Assembly (NCBI RefSeq): GCF_030144855.1
Contig: NC_082731.1
Coordinates: forward strand, 21,080,001 to 21,144,000
Source: Hypanus sabinus
Lineage: Eukaryota
Length of the DNA: 64,000 bases
Reading direction: 5' to 3'
Made by a program: the position numbers and the translations under genes. Shown here one piece after another: positions 61,001 to 64,000 of the stretch (position 1 is its first letter; every line of letters begins with the position of its first letter). A model generated the notes under the pieces. That model saw only the letters and a program-made list of their open reading frames with translations, ran no database searches and was not told the DNA's origin.

Positions 61001-63406
61001 ACGAACTAAGGTACAGACAAACAGATAGATAGTTCTGTAGAAAATGATAAACTACGATGCATGCAAGCAAACAAATAAGTAATGGCGCTTAAAACAATAC
61101 ATCAGGTCCTGCGTCTCATCATGATGCTGTTAAATTGGCTCAACTGCTCTGGGAGGGAACGTCTATTCAGGAACTTTCCAAGGTGATTCTTTTATCGACA
61201 GTTACTCTCACTTCCAGTCAACCAGGTTTCCCTTTTCAAACACTTAAACTCCCTGGAGTACCACTTTCCCTCCAAATAATAACGTGGATCTGATATTTGT
61301 AGTCCATTACTGGAATTTTCAAAATCATCGTTCAGAAGGCAATGTTGTCATTGCATTCCGCTGTTCATATCATGAATTTGGTGCTCAACATTCAAGAAGT
61401 ACAGAAAGATTGTAGGATAGATGACAAAGGAAATTTCAAATCGAAAGCCGGTCGCAAACTCAGCCGTTTCCTTCTCTGAATTTACGACGCGAGACCTGGA
61501 GTGTCGTGAGTGTAATGCAAGAATTGCACATCTTTGGTGCAAGCTATTTTTGGCTCTGACGTCACTTACCATCCTGCACCTTCAAAGTGCTGAAATATGG
61601 CAAAATAAAGGACGTGTAATTGGATATACTGGTACAGTAATTTTTTGTTCACGTTTTCACATGAGAGGGATTAACCAATACATGTAATTTTTAAAGAGTT
61701 GTCGGCATGCTTTGAAATCAGTTTGATCGGTTCTGCAAAAATTTAAATAGTGTGGGAGTTTAATTGATTTTATCTTTCATTCATTAGCGTTGGATAAATT
61801 AAGAATAAAAATTCATCCCGACTTTGCACCGAATATTTGATTTGCAGGTCATACCGACTCTTATTAATTTACTGATTTGATTGTTTGTTTGATTACTTAT
61901 TTATTTCCTGAGATACAGTGAGGACTTTACCGTTCCTGCACTTCGAAATACGCATCCCTGCCAATACCGTTATAACTCAGAATAACCAATCAGCCAGGCA
62001 AAGCCTACCACACTTTGTGCTGTTTGTGGAATCGATAGCATCCAATATCAATCCCAGGTTGTCCGGTGCAAAAGTGCAATCTCTTTACAAGCATTAGTGC
62101 GAATTGAATACCGGTCGATCGTACTTAGTGCTAGACAATAGGGTACTATAAATGCGTTTCACATCTCAATTTTATTTATGACACTCATGGCAAATACATC
62201 TTGCCCAGCACTGTTGTGGCCTCTCATTATCAGTCACTCAGCATCTAATTTGGCAGTTTGTAGCCGATTTCATGGCTATCGCAACCGCAGCAGCATCTGC
62301 CGTCTTCGGGATATTTCTATTCACTATAAGAATACTCCTGCGAAAACGGGCTGTGGGCTTGATCATCATCGGCTTTCAAAAACATATCTTTCTGAGCTAA
62401 CGATCATTCACGCGTTGGACCAGTTCATTGCCATTTGATGCCGATGGCGTAAATTTCAGCATTGCAGCAAGCAAATCTGGTTTTGCAACAGTTTTAGAGG
62501 CGGTCTACTGGAAGTTCGTACCTATTTGATTTTCATACTTAGGCTATATACTACAAACCTTACATTTCAGCTTCAGAGCAAACTGTTAGATTGCAAATGA
62601 ATATGGCTTTAATCATGACCACTCTTCAATTACTCATTTCGGTACCCTATTAATGGTTAATATTCTGGCGGTGATACCTATTCTGGTAGATACGTGCTTG
62701 GAAAATAATACCAAAATAAGGAATAAAACATATTTCACTTGCTGTTGGCTTTGTGGTGTAGTTTCTTCGGCTGTGGTAGACGGTTAACCTGGAATTAACA
62801 AGCAACCTGTTCAATCAAAGTGTTTCAAATTTTAGTTCAACAAAGGTAAACATTTGTTTTAACCGTTCAGTTTCTGTACTACCCCTTCTACGGGTAGTAG
62901 TGGAGGACCTTTAATTTAATTATTTAATAATCTGTTCAAACAATTTATGTTGTGTTCTCGTATTGTGTAAAGTGAACAATGATAAAATGATAATATGAAT
63001 TTAGATAGATTGAGGAGACCGGTACGGAAGCTCTGCATTTTTTATGAATTACGCAGAAAATAATTTCTGTTCGTTGGAGCTGTTTTCTGTTCCCAGTCAT
63101 TTCAGCTTCATTCGCTGAGTACTGAGAAACATTTGTCTGAGTGAATGTTTCCATCATCTTATGGAGCTGCTGCAATCCAAACAAGCCTATAAAACTGGAA
63201 GAAAACTCAAGCTAATTATTCAATTGTAGGTAGTACTTACAAAGCAGTCAGTCATTGAAAGTGAATATGATCTTTTAAGGTATTCCTTACCTTATATGTG
63301 GGACTCACCATCGAGGGGCTACAGTTTGCTTTTTCATTACCCACAAACCCCATCTACCAGCTGTAAACCAAAAATAGATTCGATACTTTTGTTTGTCTAC
63401 TCATTG

Positions 63407-63787
63407 TGTTGCAAGCACGAGGCTGAGGGCAAACACAAGACACAGGCGCCGAGGCAGAGTCGTGAGGATTTAGCACTGTTGCGAACGTGGAACGTCTATC
63501 CACGACAGTCTTTACACGGAGAGGATTACATAGAGCATGCAGGAAATGATGTGGAGCTTAGAACTGACAGTCCTAAGGAATCGGAAACGATGTTTACCCA
63601 CACTAGAGTCGACCAACGAACTGGCAAAGCATGGCTGTGATGCCCGAGTTTTATCCTATGTTCGTTAATGGTAACGATGTGTTCTGTAATTAGTGGAACT
63701 GTTCACGATTGGAAATCAAACGAAGGGATTAAAGCGCAATTAAGGAGGTAATAGCAAGTTGGGAAATTGCCAGACGGGACCATGACA
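63407..63787 (-). mobile_element. Solo LTR of the sushi-like family
   Basis: The reverse complement begins TGTCATGGTCCCGTCTGG, ends GCTTGCAACA and aligns along its length with 17205-17596 and 21930-22324. Confidence 0.88.
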
Positions 63788-64000
63788 CAGTAGGTACAAC
63801 TGAGAGAATTATATGACAAACAATGAGTAATCCCTCAGCAACACATAGCACGATTCCTTCAAGAGCAGTATTAGCATATTGAGTTCCCATATATCGGATT
63901 CTCTCAGCTGCAAGTCCTGGCTATAGAAATTTCGAGCATTCTGTTAATAATGTGCATATTTGGCTGCCTCGGTTCCTATCCTCAGTTACTGCCTCACGGC

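Noticed and set aside
1-64000. Prokaryotic system (operon, CRISPR array, defence island)
   Set aside because: Spliced leader exons, RSSs, LINEs and LTR elements show this is vertebrate DNA. There are no regularly spaced short repeats with unique spacers.

Overview
Vertebrate genomic DNA with no prokaryotic features. The repeat content (CR1, Rex1/Babar and Gypsy families) suggests a cartilaginous fish, probably a ray; that is an inference. The window is part of the V-segment array of a T-cell receptor alpha/(delta) locus. It holds six related V segments, each with a 46-nt leader exon, a short intron, a 300-306-nt V exon and a recombination signal sequence (RSS) with heptamer CACGGTG or a variant. 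Four look intact (V1 24785-25245, V4 48317-48790, V5 53654-54127, V6 57601-58074, all minus strand). Two are pseudogenes: V2 36230-36704 is inverted onto the plus strand, and V3 38424-38905 is on the minus strand. V4-V6 come from a ~3.95-kb tandem triplication and all carry a 22-nt rather than 23-nt RSS spacer. I found no D, J or C segment. The rest is mostly decayed transposons: a complete Gmr1-like Gypsy element with integrase before RT (6199-12693), a chromodomain-bearing sushi-like Gypsy (17205-22324), other Gypsy remnants and solo LTRs, CR1 and Rex1/Babar LINEs (one near-full-length CR1 with an esterase ORF1), and a non-autonomous hAT element nested in a CR1 in the V4 upstream region. All counts and alignments were done by eye.
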